Shown one piece after another: positions 39,114-49,455 of a DNA stretch of 64,000 nt. Source of the DNA: Alphaproteobacteria bacterium. Lineage in GTDB: Bacteria > Pseudomonadota > Alphaproteobacteria > MPNO01. The notes beneath the pieces were generated by a model. That model saw only the letters and a list, made by a program, of their open reading frames with translations, was not told the DNA's origin and ran no database searches. Position 1 is the first letter of the stretch, and each line of letters opens with the position of its first letter. The stretch is taken from positions 64,001 through 128,000 of the forward strand of contig OZ219866.1 in assembly GCA_964291675.2 (NCBI GenBank). The letters run 5' to 3'. A program made the translations under genes and the position numbers.

Positions 39114-39865
39114 AGCGGCTCTCCCGCAACGGACTCGACGACCGCCACGCCGAGCCGTCCGCTCTTCGGTCCGGTGCCGGGCTCCGCCAGCCACAGCGCG
39201 GCGACTCGCCAGACACCGGGAATGCCGCCGATGGTCCCGGCGAGGCCCGCGGCGCCCTCCGCACCCTTGGGCGCCGGACGCGCGGCCTCGAACACGAGCG
39301 CCGCCAAGCGCGGACCCCGCCAGGTCTCGATGAAGCTCAGTCCGGCAGGCGCCGCTGCGCTCGCCGCATGGATGGAATATCCCGGCAGCGGCTCGCGCCG
39401 GGCGACGGCGCGCACCAGCCGCACCAGCGCCGCGACATGGGCACCGCCCGCCGATGCCGGGGCCACCGCCGCCGCGCCCGGCAATGCATTCGCGTTCCGG
39501 ATCAGGATCTGCGCCGAGTCCCGCGCCGAGGGCGTCAGGGTCAGACGGTAGGTGAAGCCCTTCTCGGTGCCGACGAAGAGCGTCACGGGGTTCCGGTCCG
39601 CGGAACCCCGGCCGGCAGGCCTCAGATAGAGGTCGCCCGAAACGGCGTCGTGCTCGACCGCAAACCCGTCCGGCGCGCGCACCGCCTTCGCGATCCGATC
39701 GCCGTGAAGCGCGATCCGGTTCACATGCGTCGCGGAGATCTCCGCCCGCAGCTCGGCATGGTCGGCCGCGTCGAGAATCTGCATCGCAAGCGCCGGCCCG
39801 GGCGCCGCGAGGACAAGGTGTATCGCAAGCAGCAGCCCGAGCCGCCGTTGGTGGGTGCGTGTCAT
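39110..39865 (-). CDS. traK: TraK
   Basis: Signal peptide, ISATHVNRI, GDLYLRP, TLFVGTEKGFTY. Confidence 0.88.
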   Translation of the reverse strand: MTRTHQRRLGLLLAIHLVLAAPGPALAMQILDAADHAELRAEISATHVNRIALHGDRIAKAVRAPDGFAVEHDAVSGDLYLRPAGRGSADRNPVTLFVGTEKGFTYRLTLTPSARDSAQILIRNANALPGAAAVAPASAGGAHVAALVRLVRAVARREPLPGYSIHAASAAAPAGLSFIETWRGPRLAALVFEAARPAPKGAEGAAGLAGTIGGIPGVWRVAALWLAEPGTGPKSGRLGVAVVESVAGEPL

Positions 39866-40434
39866 CGTTCACTCTCCATTTGTTCGAAGCGCAGGAGCCC
39901 GATCCGGCCCGCGTCGATGCGGAAGGCGAGCCGGTAGCGCCGGTCCTCGCGCGCGGCCTCTTCGCGGCCGATCCAGGTCACCAGCTCGCCCGCGACCTCG
40001 ACGCTGAGCCGTCCGGGGTCGGCGGTAATCTCCGCGGGGTAGAAGGCGCTCGCCATGTCGCGCCCCGCCATGCGCGCAGCCTCGGCCTCGACCCAGGCGC
40101 CGATCGCGCCCCTGGCCGATGCATGGCTCATCCGCGCCGCCGCGCTGCGCACGTGGGCCGCGTTCTCCGGGGTGAGCGTGAGCAGCGTCACCGTGACGGT
40201 GCGCGCCACGTCCTCCAGGTAGCGCGCGCCCGCGAGCCCGGCGCCGGCACCGCCGCCGCCGATCTCCCAGGCCGGCCCGGCCGTGGCCGGGACCAGCACG
40301 GTGACCGTCTCGCGTCCGGCGAACCCCACGGTGAGCGCCAGGTTCGCCGCCATCGACAGGATCAGCAGCCCGGCCAGTGCCAGGCGGACGTCCCGCACCC
40401 GGCGGATGGCGGAGTCCATGTCGGTGCGCCTCAT
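39862..40434 (-). CDS. traE: TraE
   Basis: TM segment, TVLVP, YLEDVA..LLTLTP, SAFYP; position in the operon. Confidence 0.88.
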   Translation of the reverse strand: MRRTDMDSAIRRVRDVRLALAGLLILSMAANLALTVGFAGRETVTVLVPATAGPAWEIGGGGAGAGLAGARYLEDVARTVTVTLLTLTPENAAHVRSAAARMSHASARGAIGAWVEAEAARMAGRDMASAFYPAEITADPGRLSVEVAGELVTWIGREEAAREDRRYRLAFRIDAGRIGLLRFEQMESER

Positions 40435-40441
40435 CGCCGCC

Positions 40442-40750
40442 TCACCCGGCGAACCGGCGCAGATGGCTCGGCGGCGTCGCCTTGAGACGCAGCACGAAGT
40501 CCGGCAGAAACCAGTAGAGCGCGTAGCGCGCGATGTTGGCCCCGCCGCCGCGCTTCATCCGGCGCAGCAGCAGCCAGCCCCCGACGCCGGCAATGAGCCC
40601 CGCCACGAACTGGTTCGCGGCCAGCCCGAGCAGGGCCGGGCCCATCAGCGCCGCCGCCTCGTCGACGGTCCAGAACAGCCAGCGCTCCGGATCGTCGAGC
40701 CGGCGGGGAATGACATGGCGGGCGGTGTCGTTCATCGCACGCCCCGTCAC
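40442..40750 (-). CDS. traL: TraL
   Basis: IPRRLDDPERWLFWTVDE, LYWFLP, PPSHLRRF. Confidence 0.92.
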   Translation of the reverse strand: MTGRAMNDTARHVIPRRLDDPERWLFWTVDEAAALMGPALLGLAANQFVAGLIAGVGGWLLLRRMKRGGGANIARYALYWFLPDFVLRLKATPPSHLRRFAG

Positions 40751-41061
40751 ACGATCGCCGTGCCGACCAGGCCGGTGACGATGCCGACGCCCGCGCCCGC
40801 GGCGATGCCGACGCCGACCGCGCCCATCAGCTGCATCGCGTTGAAGCGCAGCACCGAACCGACCAGCGCGGCGCCGACGGCGAGCGCCGCGGCGAGCTGG
40901 CCGCCGGTGCCGCCGACGATGTTCTCCACCGTGTCCAGCGGCGCGCCGAAGGTCGTGTCGGTGGTCGCCAGCGCCGCGTCCGCGCCGGCCAGCACCGCAA
41001 GCGCCGCGAGCGCCGCCGCCCCGAGGGCCGCGCGCATCCGTCCCCGCGCCCGGCCCCTCAT
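40747..41061 (-). CDS. traA: F-type pilin precursor
   Basis: Signal peptide, ATTDTTF, two hydrophobic helices; directly upstream of traL. Confidence 0.8.
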   Translation of the reverse strand: MRGRARGRMRAALGAAALAALAVLAGADAALATTDTTFGAPLDTVENIVGGTGGQLAAALAVGAALVGSVLRFNAMQLMGAVGVGIAAGAGVGIVTGLVGTAIV

Positions 41062-41339
41062 CGCTCCGCTCTCCCCGGCTCGGAATCCTGCCCTCCAGGT
41101 TCGGGGGCCGGGGCGGGCGCCGGCCCGGGCCGCGGACCCGAGCCGTCGTCCGAGGTCGAACGCCGCCGCCGGGTCTTCGACCAGTGGTCGAGGTCCTCGG
41201 CCAGGTAGCGCACCGCCGTGCCGAACAGGTGGTACACCGGCCCGCCGCCCGTCACCCGGTAGCGGTCGAGCGTGCGCGCCGACAGGCCGAGATGCTCCGC
41301 CGCCCGGCGCGTCGACAGGTACTTGCTCCCGTCCGCCAT
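41058..41339 (-). CDS. AlpA/Xis-like HTH protein (RdfS-like recombination directionality factor)
   Basis: YLSTRRAAEHLGLSARTLDRYRVTGGGP...VRY...DLDHW...RSTSD resembles RdfS; AAGGAG RBS. Confidence 0.85.
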   Translation of the reverse strand: MADGSKYLSTRRAAEHLGLSARTLDRYRVTGGGPVYHLFGTAVRYLAEDLDHWSKTRRRRSTSDDGSGPRPGPAPAPAPEPGGQDSEPGRAER

Positions 41340-41896
41340 CTCCGTCTCCTTCTCCGAACTCCCCGGCGCCGCGCGGTCGCGGGCGCATGTGCGGGGCCAT
41401 CCAAGCGAAGACGGGCGCGCGGCGGCAGGGAGAAAAACAGGGCCGGAAATTCTCCCCCCGGCAGGCGGCGCCTCACGGCGCCTCCCGCCGTCTGACGGTG
41501 CCTGACGTGCGAATCCGCCAACTCGCCGCCTGCCGTGTCTGACCGCGCGATCGCGGGACGGACGGGCCGATACGCGCGAATCGGCGGACCGGCAACAAAC
41601 GGCCGGTCGCCCGGATTGCAGAGTGCCCGGTCCGAACCGGGCGGTGGGTCAGAGGTTGGCGATTCCGGTCCGGGCGGCACCTCGCGTGCCGGCCCGCCGG
41701 GGAACGGCGGACTCGGCATCGGGCGCCGACCGGACGCCGGCGCTCACCCGCCCGGACGGCGTTTCCCGATCGTTGCCGTCAAGGTGCGGCTTGCGGGCAT
41801 CGGTGGCCGCAAGATCGAGAACCCGTGGTGAAGCCGGTGAGAATCGGCAGCCGCCGAGACGGGCGCAATGGCTCCGCGCGGTGCGGCGCGAGACGA

Positions 41897-42633
41897 TCAG
41901 CCGCCGTCCCGCCGCTTCCGCTCGATCGCGCTCGCCTTGTCCAGCCGGTAGCGGACCCGGCCGCGCAACCAGTCGCTCGTCTTCCAGTGCTTCTCGACCT
42001 CGTCGAGGCCCCAATACGCGATCGCGATCTCGCGCTGCGACGCCACCTCCGCCCGGTTCAGCGCCAACACCATCAGCAGTTCCCGTTCCTCGCCCACCGA
42101 ACCCGCCCTTGCCGAGGGGCCGGACCCCCGGAGACGCTCCACAGATCCATCAGCCGGGCGATCTCAATCGGTAGTTCCAGCCCATAGTCGTGGTAGAGCC
42201 GGAGGCCGCCGCCGGCGAGCAGCGGACCCTCCTTCGTCACCAGGATCTGCACCGCCCGCCCGTCCTGCTCGATCTTGACGATCAGGGTCCCGTCGAGAAG
42301 CCGCAGCCCGTCGATGCGCGCGCCCGCATCCGCAAGCATCGGCAGGAACGGCCGCGCCTTCGACGACCCCTCGCCCTCCAGCGTTGGCTCGCCGGCCAGA
42401 AACGGCGAGGCCGGGCCGTCGCGCGCGAACGGGTTCTCCCACGCCGCGATCTGCCAGGGGTCGCGCGCCGCAAGGTCCGCTGCCGACTGGACGCGCACCG
42501 GAAAGGCGGTCTCCTTCTCATACGCCGGGGACTCAGAGTGCGCCTCGAACGCCTCCTGGTACGTCCGCAGGTTGCGCAGCAGCTTCCAGATGCGCGTGTC
42601 GCCGCCCGCCGCCGGCGCGCCCCCGCGCGCCAT
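41897..42633 (-). CDS. FseA-like activator (DUF6499 + DUF2285), split by a -1 frameshift near 42100
   Basis: N-terminal WKLLRNLRTY resembles DUF6499 WEFLRRN..Y; second frame ASQREIAIAYWG..V...W..SDWLR.RVR is the DUF2285 HTH; upstream of the RdfS-like gene. Confidence 0.7.
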
Positions 42634-42636
42634 GCC

Positions 42637-45600
42637 CTACCAGCGCGCCGTGAGGCCGAACCCGATGCGGTGCTCGGGCACGTCGCCGGCACCGTCGCGC
42701 CGCACCGCGTCGAGATGGAGCTCGAAGCCCCCGCCCCCCGCCGGGGCGAGCCGCCAGCCCAGGCGCAGCTCGCGCGCCGTGTCCGACAGCCCCATCCCGA
42801 CATGCGGCGTGCCCGTGAAGCCGCCGCCGAACAGCGCGATGCCGTAGCCCATCTCCGCGTCGAGCCGGCTCGACAGGGGCGCGTCGTCGTTCGCGGCCAG
42901 CCCGGACGCGTCCGGCAGCATCCACAGACGCTCCGAGCCGCCCGGGTCCGCGCCCCAGGACGGCGTGAGCGAGGCGGAGAGGCCGCGCCCGGCGGCGCCC
43001 GGCACCAGCCTGAGCGACCCCGACACGCCCCATTCGTCGTAGCCGCCCTCGGCATGCGCCGCGAGACCGTGCACCTTCAGCGCCATGTCGAGGCCCCGCG
43101 ACGGGTCCGCGTAGCCGAGGCCGGCCCCGAGCTCGAAGCCCGTCCCGGTCTCCGCGTCGCCCCCGTCATGGCGCAGCCCCAGCTCCACCGACGGCGTCAG
43201 CGCCGCGCCGCCCGCGAGCGCGAACGTCCGCGAGCCGTCGAGCACCGCCCGCAGCCGGCTCGCCTCGGCCCGCGCCGCCGCGAGGTTGCCCGCCTCCGGG
43301 GTCGAGACCGAGGCCGACTCCGTCCGCACCCAGAACGCGTCCGCCTTGAGCGCGAGCGCGAACCCGCCGGCTTGCGCCGGCGTCACGAGGTCGCCCCGCA
43401 CCCCCATCGCCGCCAGCGTCATCGAGAGGTCCGCGCCATAGCGCTCCGCCGTGGCGCCGTCGAGGTCGAGGGTGAGGCGCCCGGAGCCCGTCCCCGCGAG
43501 ACCCCACGCCGAGACCCGCTCCGAGAGCGCGACCCGCGCATAGGGCAGCATCGTCGTCACCGCGCTTCCCATGACATAGCTCCGGCCCGCGCCCCGCGCC
43601 GTGCCTTCGCCCAGGCTGTGGGTCATCGCGAACCCGGTCAGCAGACGGCCCCGCTCGTAGTCCATGCCCATCGAGCCGGTCGCGGTCTCGCCGCTCAAGC
43701 TGAGCCCCGGACCGGCGCTGGAGAACCGCGACACCGAGGCGCCCTGGCCCCAGCCCGTCCACTGCGACCCCGCGCCGCTCCCGAGCACCGCCCGGAACGA
43801 GGTCCCCATCAGCAACTCGCGCCCGCTCATCGTCCGTGAGGCGTCCCCGGACGGCTCACCGGACCACGACAGCCAGTCCGCGCCGCCGCGGCCGCCCGCC
43901 GGTGCCGGCGGCAGGCCGGACCCGGAGCCGTCGAGCGACAGGCGGTGCCCGCCCAGCGTGAAGTGCGAGCCCGCATCGCGCGGCGTCTCCAGCCGCGCCG
44001 TCACCGCCGCCACCGCGTCCGCCGCCGCCGCGCGCCCGAACCGCGTCAGCCAGTCCTGCTGCACGGGTCGGAGTTCACGATGGTGCCGGTCGCCTCGCCG
44101 TCGGCGATCGCCGCGCCCTTCGCCTTGCTCAAGCGCAGCGTGAAGGTCTCCGTGCCCTCGTCGTGCGCGTCGTCGAGCACCGGCACCGAGACCGTCTTCG
44201 CCGTCTCGCCCGCCGCGAAGGTGAGCGTTCCAGAGGCCTTGCTGTAGTCCTTGCCCGCCTTCGCCGTGCCGTTCTTCGTCCGGTAGCGCACCGTCACCTC
44301 ATCCGACGCGGCGCGCGAGAGCGTCACCGCGAAGTCGAGCGTCGCGCCCGCGCCCTCCTGCGCGCTGGCGTCCGCCACCGAGAGCCCGGGCGGTCCCTGC
44401 ACGGTGTGGGTCAGCGCGCTCCCGAGCTTGCGCCCGTCCGCGGTACAGATGGCCCCCGCGGCCGCGCAGTCCGCCGTCGCCGGCAGCGCCACCGTCACCG
44501 GCCCGTGCGAGGAAGGCTTCACCGTGAGCGCCCACCGGTCGCCGCGCCGGCCCACCTGCCGCACACGCTCCAGCGTCCCGCCCGTCACCCGGAACGCCGC
44601 CGCATCGGCGTTGCCCGCGACCGGGGCCGAGAACGCCACGCGCAGCGAGAACTTCCCCTTGCCACGGTGCTCCGACGGCGCCGCCTCGAAGCGCGCCGTC
44701 AGCGGCGCCAGTGCCTGCCGCGCCGCCGTCGCGTTGGTCACCGCCCGCCCCGAGATCCGCGCCACGTCGCCCCGGGGGCCGCGCAGCCTGCCCGGCCCCG
44801 AAGGCGGCAGGTAGTCCATCGTCACCGCATCGCCCGCGCTCACCGCCGGGCTCAGCGCCAGCGTCACCGTCCGACCGCTCACCGCCACCGACGAGACCGC
44901 GTGCTCGGCCCGCGTCGACTTCACCGAGAAGGCGCTGCCCGGCGGCACCGCCGAGGCGTCCAGGTCCGCGTCGAACGCCAGCGTCAGCGCCGCCCCGTCG
45001 ACCCGCGCCGACGACACGCCGGGCGGCGCCGACTTCTCGGGCGGGTTGCCCTGCTGCCCCGACGGCCCCCCCGGCGTGCCGGCAGTCGTCGTCACCGTCG
45101 TCTTGTAAGCCTCAATGTCCGGCTTGCCCTTCGGCCCGAGCACCAGCACCCGCACTTCGTACTCGGTGCTGTGACGGAGACCCGGCAGCGTCACCCGTGG
45201 GTGCGCCGCATTCGTCGAGTGCTCCTTGCTACCCCACCAGAGGGTATTGCCCTTGTAGCGCCACTCGATGCGATAGGCGCAGTGCTCGTGCGCGTTCGCC
45301 GCCCGCCACGTCACCTCCAGCGACGTCCGCTCGGCCAACGTGCCGTGTTGGTCCGTGTACCGGGTCAGCCCTCCCTTCGTCACCTTGAAGTCCGTGAGTC
45401 TCAGGCCGTAGATGAACTTGGTTGCCGTCAGGCGCAACGACACTCGCTGCCGGTCCTTCCAGCCCAGCCCGGTCCCCGCCCAATAAGCGCTATTACCCGA
45501 CGGGATTATGTCGTCGTAGGCAAACGGAACGCCATCCACCAACAGCGTCAGCCCGGCAAGTTTACTCCTGGCGTAAGCGCCAGAAATTCCCGTGAACCGA

Positions 45601-45986
45601 ATGGAAAAATCGCCGTTTGCTGAGGTCCAATAGAGGGCTTCTACGGTGAATGTGGTGCCTCCATGCGTGAACTCGTGGTCCGTGAGGGCAACCGAGCAGT
45701 CGTCTTGACTGGAGGCAGAGTCGTCGCAACCGTAGACGCCGAAGTCCCGGTCCACCGTCAGCGTCGTGGACCAGAGGGTCTGCGCCTGGGCCGGCGCGGC
45801 GGCGAACAGGGAGAGCGCGCCGAGCAGCAGAGCGAGGACGGGCAGGAGAAGGGCGAGGCGGGCGCGCCCGCCGCGCGGGTCAGGCCGGGAGCGGTCCCCG
45901 GGCGGCGTCGGTCCCGACGACGGACACCGGGACGGGGCGGAAGCGGCCGATCGGTGCGCGCCGGCCTCGCGCCGGGCGCACGTCAT
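42637..45986 (-). CDS. Autotransporter-type adhesin (Fn3, SwmB-like, Calx-beta, beta-barrel); -1 frameshift near 44064
   Basis: Signal peptide ending APAQA; GLRHSTEYEVRV; VDGAALTLAFD; LSVADASAQEG..LDFAVTL; WLTRFGR linker; barrel ending GFGLTARW. Confidence 0.85.
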
Positions 45987-45989
45987 GCC

Positions 45990-46370
45990 GCTGGGCCGCT
46001 GGGCCGCTGGGCCGCTGGGCCGCTGGGCCGCTGGGCCGCTGGGCCGCTGGGCCGCTGGGCCGCTGGGCCGCTGGGCCGCTGGGCCGCTGGGCCGCTGGGC
46101 CGCTGGGCCGCTGGGCCGCTGGGCCGCTGGGCCGCTGGGCCGCTGGGCCGCTGGGCCGCTGGGCCGCTGGGCCGCTGGGCCGCTGGCCGCTGGGCCGCTG
46201 GGCCGCTGGGCCGCTGGGCCGCTGGGCCGCTGGGCCGCTGGGGCTGGGCCGCTGGGCCGCTGGGCCGCTGGGCCGCTGGGCCGCTGGGCCGCTGGGCCGC
46301 TGGGCCGCTGGGCCGCTGGGCCGCTGGGCCGCTGGGCCGCTGGGCCGCTGGGCCGCTGGGCCGCTGGGCC
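45990..46370. repeat. Octamer simple sequence repeat (GCTGGGCC) x48
   Basis: 381 bp = 46 perfect units, one 7-mer (46182) and one 6-mer (46237). Confidence 0.97.
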
Positions 46371-46372
46371 TA

Positions 46373-46381
46373 ATTATACCA
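46373..46381 (-). promoter_or_regulatory. Extended -10 element TGGTATAAT facing the repeat and adhesin
   Basis: Perfect TGnTATAAT in GC-rich DNA; TTGACT lies 20 bp upstream, a non-optimal spacing. Confidence 0.5.
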
Positions 46382-46566
46382 CCGGGGGACCCTGGCGAAG
46401 TCAACAGAAAACGCATGTGTGATCCACCCATCGAACCCTCCGCTCGCATGCTCAACGCCCCCCGTTGCACCCCGCTCGGGCCGCCGGACCGTTCCGACCG
46501 GGCCGGCCGCATCGCGGCGACCGGCCGGCTCCAACCCGAACCATAAGACAGTTGGCTGAAATCGTT

Positions 46567-46584
46567 CCTATCAATGCTGATAGG
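46567..46584. promoter_or_regulatory. Palindromic operator candidate
   Basis: CCTATCA-ATGC-TGATAGG in the AT-rich spacer between divergent genes. Confidence 0.45.
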
Positions 46585-46856
46585 TTTTGGTAAAAAATTT
46601 TGCGCTAATGTCTCGCGGCCCGCCGGCGCCCGCCTTGCCGCCGAATCGCCGCCATGCTCTTTGTCCCCCAGCAAACCCGCCACGAGTTGAACTTGCCGCC
46701 GCCAGTTTCGAGAATGGACACACCCGGTAGGGTCAAGTCGCGACGAATCGCCGTCGCCGGACGCCCGCATGTCGCAGGGGCGCCGGTCGCCCGGCCCGAC
46801 GCGGCGACCGAGCCTGCGCAGCCGACGAACGGAAACACCGCGCCGGGGGGAACGGC

Positions 46857-48008
46857 TTGAGCGAGCGCGACGCCTTCGACGCCATCCTGGCCGCCCTGCA
46901 CGAGGCGGCCCTCGACGACGCAAGCTGGCCGGCCGCCAGCGGGCTGGTCGACGAAGCCTGCGGGATCAAGGGCAACCTGCTGACCCATGGCGCGGGCGCG
47001 TCCCCCGACGACCACGTCGTCTACCTGCACCGCATCTGCTTCCGCGGCGAGCGCTGGCCGGACGCCGAGCGCGGCTATTTCGAGGAGTACTTCGCGCAGG
47101 ACGAGCGCGTGCCGCGCCTGCGGGCGCTGCCCGACAGCCGCCTGGTCCCCGCCGCCGAGCTCTTCACCGACGAGGAGAAGAAGACGTCGGCGGTCTGGAA
47201 CGAGGCGCTGCCGATCATCGGGATGCAGGACGGGCTGACCGTGCGCCTGGACGGCCCCGGCGGGTCGCGCATCTTCTGGAGCCTCGCCGACCCCGCCGAC
47301 GGGAACGGCTGGCCGTCCGCGCGGATCCGCACGGTCGAGCGTCTGCTCCCGCACCTGCGCCAGTTCGTGCGGGTCCGCAAGGCGCTGGCCGACGCCGACG
47401 GCCTGAACGCGTCGCTTGCGGCGCTGCTCGACAGCACCGCCGCCGGGATCCTCCAGCTCGACCGGCGCAGGCGGATCGTGGCGGCGAACGACCGCGCCCT
47501 CGACCTGCTCAGGGAGCAGGACGGGCTCCTCGACGAGGACGGCTTCCTGCACGCCCCCGCGTCGGCCGACGACCACCGCCTCCAGCTTCTGCTTGCGCGG
47601 GCCCTGCCGCCACTCCCCGGCGCCGGCGCCGGCGGCTCGCTGGCGCTGACGCGCCCGGCCGGCTCGCTCCCGCTCGTGCTGCACGTCATCCCGCTCGGCC
47701 CGCGCGAGGACGGCATCTCGCCCGCGCTGGCCGCGGCGCTCGTCCTGGCGGTCGACCCGGGCGCCCGGCCGCCGGTCGATCCCGCGCTGGTCCAGGCGGC
47801 GCTCGACCTCTCGGCGGCGCAGAGCCGGGTGGCGGCGCTGCTGGCCGAGGGCAGGTCCGTGCGCGACATCGCCGTGGCGATCGGGCGCAGCGAGAACACC
47901 GTGCGCTGGCACATAAGGCGGATCTTCGAGAAGCTGCACATCACCCGGCTGGCGCAGCTGGTCCAGCTGGTGCGCTCGCTCGCCGACCCCGCGGCCGCCA
48001 ACTCGTGA
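46857..48008 (+). CDS. LuxR-family regulator with GAF-like/PAS sensor region
   Basis: IVAANDRA PAS-like motif; C-terminal LSAAQSRVAALLAEGRSVRDIA...TVRWHIRRIFEKL. Confidence 0.88.
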   Translation: MSERDAFDAILAALHEAALDDASWPAASGLVDEACGIKGNLLTHGAGASPDDHVVYLHRICFRGERWPDAERGYFEEYFAQDERVPRLRALPDSRLVPAAELFTDEEKKTSAVWNEALPIIGMQDGLTVRLDGPGGSRIFWSLADPADGNGWPSARIRTVERLLPHLRQFVRVRKALADADGLNASLAALLDSTAAGILQLDRRRRIVAANDRALDLLREQDGLLDEDGFLHAPASADDHRLQLLLARALPPLPGAGAGGSLALTRPAGSLPLVLHVIPLGPREDGISPALAAALVLAVDPGARPPVDPALVQAALDLSAAQSRVAALLAEGRSVRDIAVAIGRSENTVRWHIRRIFEKLHITRLAQLVQLVRSLADPAAANS

Positions 48009-49270
48009 GTTCGATGCGCGAGACCGTGCGGTTCCTGCTCGCCCACGCGGCGACGGCGGGGGAGCGCCGGCGGACCGGCGTGGCCTGGAACCCGCTGTCC
48101 CCCAGCATGGCCCAGGACCCGTATCCCGTCTATGCCGTCATGCGCCGCCGCAGCCCGGTGCACCGCAGCCGGCTGGCGAACGCCTGGCTGTTCTCGCGCC
48201 ACGCCGACGCCGACGCGATCCTGCGCGACCATCGCCGCTTCGCCAGCGACCCGCGCAAGGGCAGGCTCACGCGCCGCCAGCAGGCCATGCTGCCGCCGGC
48301 GGAAGAGTTCACCATGCTCTCGCTCGACCCGCCCGACCACACAAGGCTCAGGGCGCTGGTGAACAAGGCGTTCACGTCGCGCGCGGTCAACGCCATGGAG
48401 GCGCATATCCGCGCGACCGCGGCCGCGCTCCTCGACGAGGCCGACGCCGCCCAGGGCTTCGACCTCATGACCGCGCTCGCCCAGCCCCTGCCGGTGATCG
48501 TGATCGCGGAGATGCTCGGCGTGCCGCCCGGGGACCGGGACCGGTTCAGGCTCTGGTCGGACCGGCGCGCCCGCCTGCTGGAGCCCACGGTCAGCGCCCG
48601 CGAGCGCGCCGTCGCGATGCAGGCAGGTCGCGACTTCGACTCCTATTTCCGGTCGATCGTCGCCGAGCGCCGGGCCGAGCCCCGCAACGACATCCTGAGC
48701 GCGCTGGTGCAGGCGGAGGACGAGGGCGAGCGGCTGACCGAGCGCGAGACACTCAACATGCTGCGCCTGCTCGTGATGGCCGGCAACGAGACCACCACCA
48801 ACCTGATCGGCAACGGCATGCTCGCGCTGCTGCGCAACCCGGACCAGCTCCGGCGCCTGCGCGACGACCCGGGCCTCATCCCCACGGCGGTGGAAGAGCT
48901 GCTGCGCTACGACCCGCCGGCCCAGGCGTTCTTCCGGCGCGCGGTCGCGGACTGCGAGGTGAACGGCTTCGCGCTGCGCAAGGGGGACAACATCATCCTC
49001 CTGATCGGCGCCGCCAACCGCGACGAGCAGGCCTTCGACGACCCCGACCGGCTCGACGTCGGCCGCGCCGAGTGCCCGCACCTGAGCCTCAGCCGGGGCA
49101 TCCACTACTGTCTGGGCGCCCAGCTCGCGCGGCTCGAGGCCCGGATCGTGTTCGAGATGCTGCTGGAGCGGTTCCCCGAGATCGAGCTGCTCGACGACCG
49201 GCCCCGGTTCCGCAGCGGCGTCGTGCTGCGCGGCCTCGAGTCCCTGCCGCTGCGAGGCGGCCGCGCCTGA
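48005..49270 (+). CDS. Cytochrome P450
   Basis: DPPDHTRLR, AGNETT, EELLR, AANRD, GIHYCLG heme motif; GTGA overlap with the regulator. Confidence 0.95.
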   Translation: MSSMRETVRFLLAHAATAGERRRTGVAWNPLSPSMAQDPYPVYAVMRRRSPVHRSRLANAWLFSRHADADAILRDHRRFASDPRKGRLTRRQQAMLPPAEEFTMLSLDPPDHTRLRALVNKAFTSRAVNAMEAHIRATAAALLDEADAAQGFDLMTALAQPLPVIVIAEMLGVPPGDRDRFRLWSDRRARLLEPTVSARERAVAMQAGRDFDSYFRSIVAERRAEPRNDILSALVQAEDEGERLTERETLNMLRLLVMAGNETTTNLIGNGMLALLRNPDQLRRLRDDPGLIPTAVEELLRYDPPAQAFFRRAVADCEVNGFALRKGDNIILLIGAANRDEQAFDDPDRLDVGRAECPHLSLSRGIHYCLGAQLARLEARIVFEMLLERFPEIELLDDRPRFRSGVVLRGLESLPLRGGRA

Positions 49271-49455
49271 GCGCCTCGCGCAGACCGGCAATACCCCGTC
49301 AAATCTGGCCGTTCTCTGCGACCTCTATGGACATGTGCGGGCGCCCAAGACCACGCCGGTCAAGCGTCGTCTCAAACTCGGCCCTGGACGTTTGTCCCCG
49401 CACTCCGGCAACCGAAACTGGCGGGACTCCATTCGTCCCGGCGGGCGGTCGGCGA

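Noticed and set aside
17820-39551. Long + strand ORFs antisense to tra genes (e.g. 17820-21224, 23393-26935)
   Set aside because: Shadow ORFs from high GC and codon bias; no motifs or RBS.
45990-46370. CRISPR array, Chi cluster, or real WAAGPLGR-repeat proteins on +
   Set aside because: No spacers or cas genes; the unit is not GCTGGTGG; the + strand ORFs are translations of the SSR.
46769-48004. 833-aa P450 fusion
   Set aside because: The N-terminal half is an off-frame reading of the LuxR gene; the P450 starts near 48005-48014.
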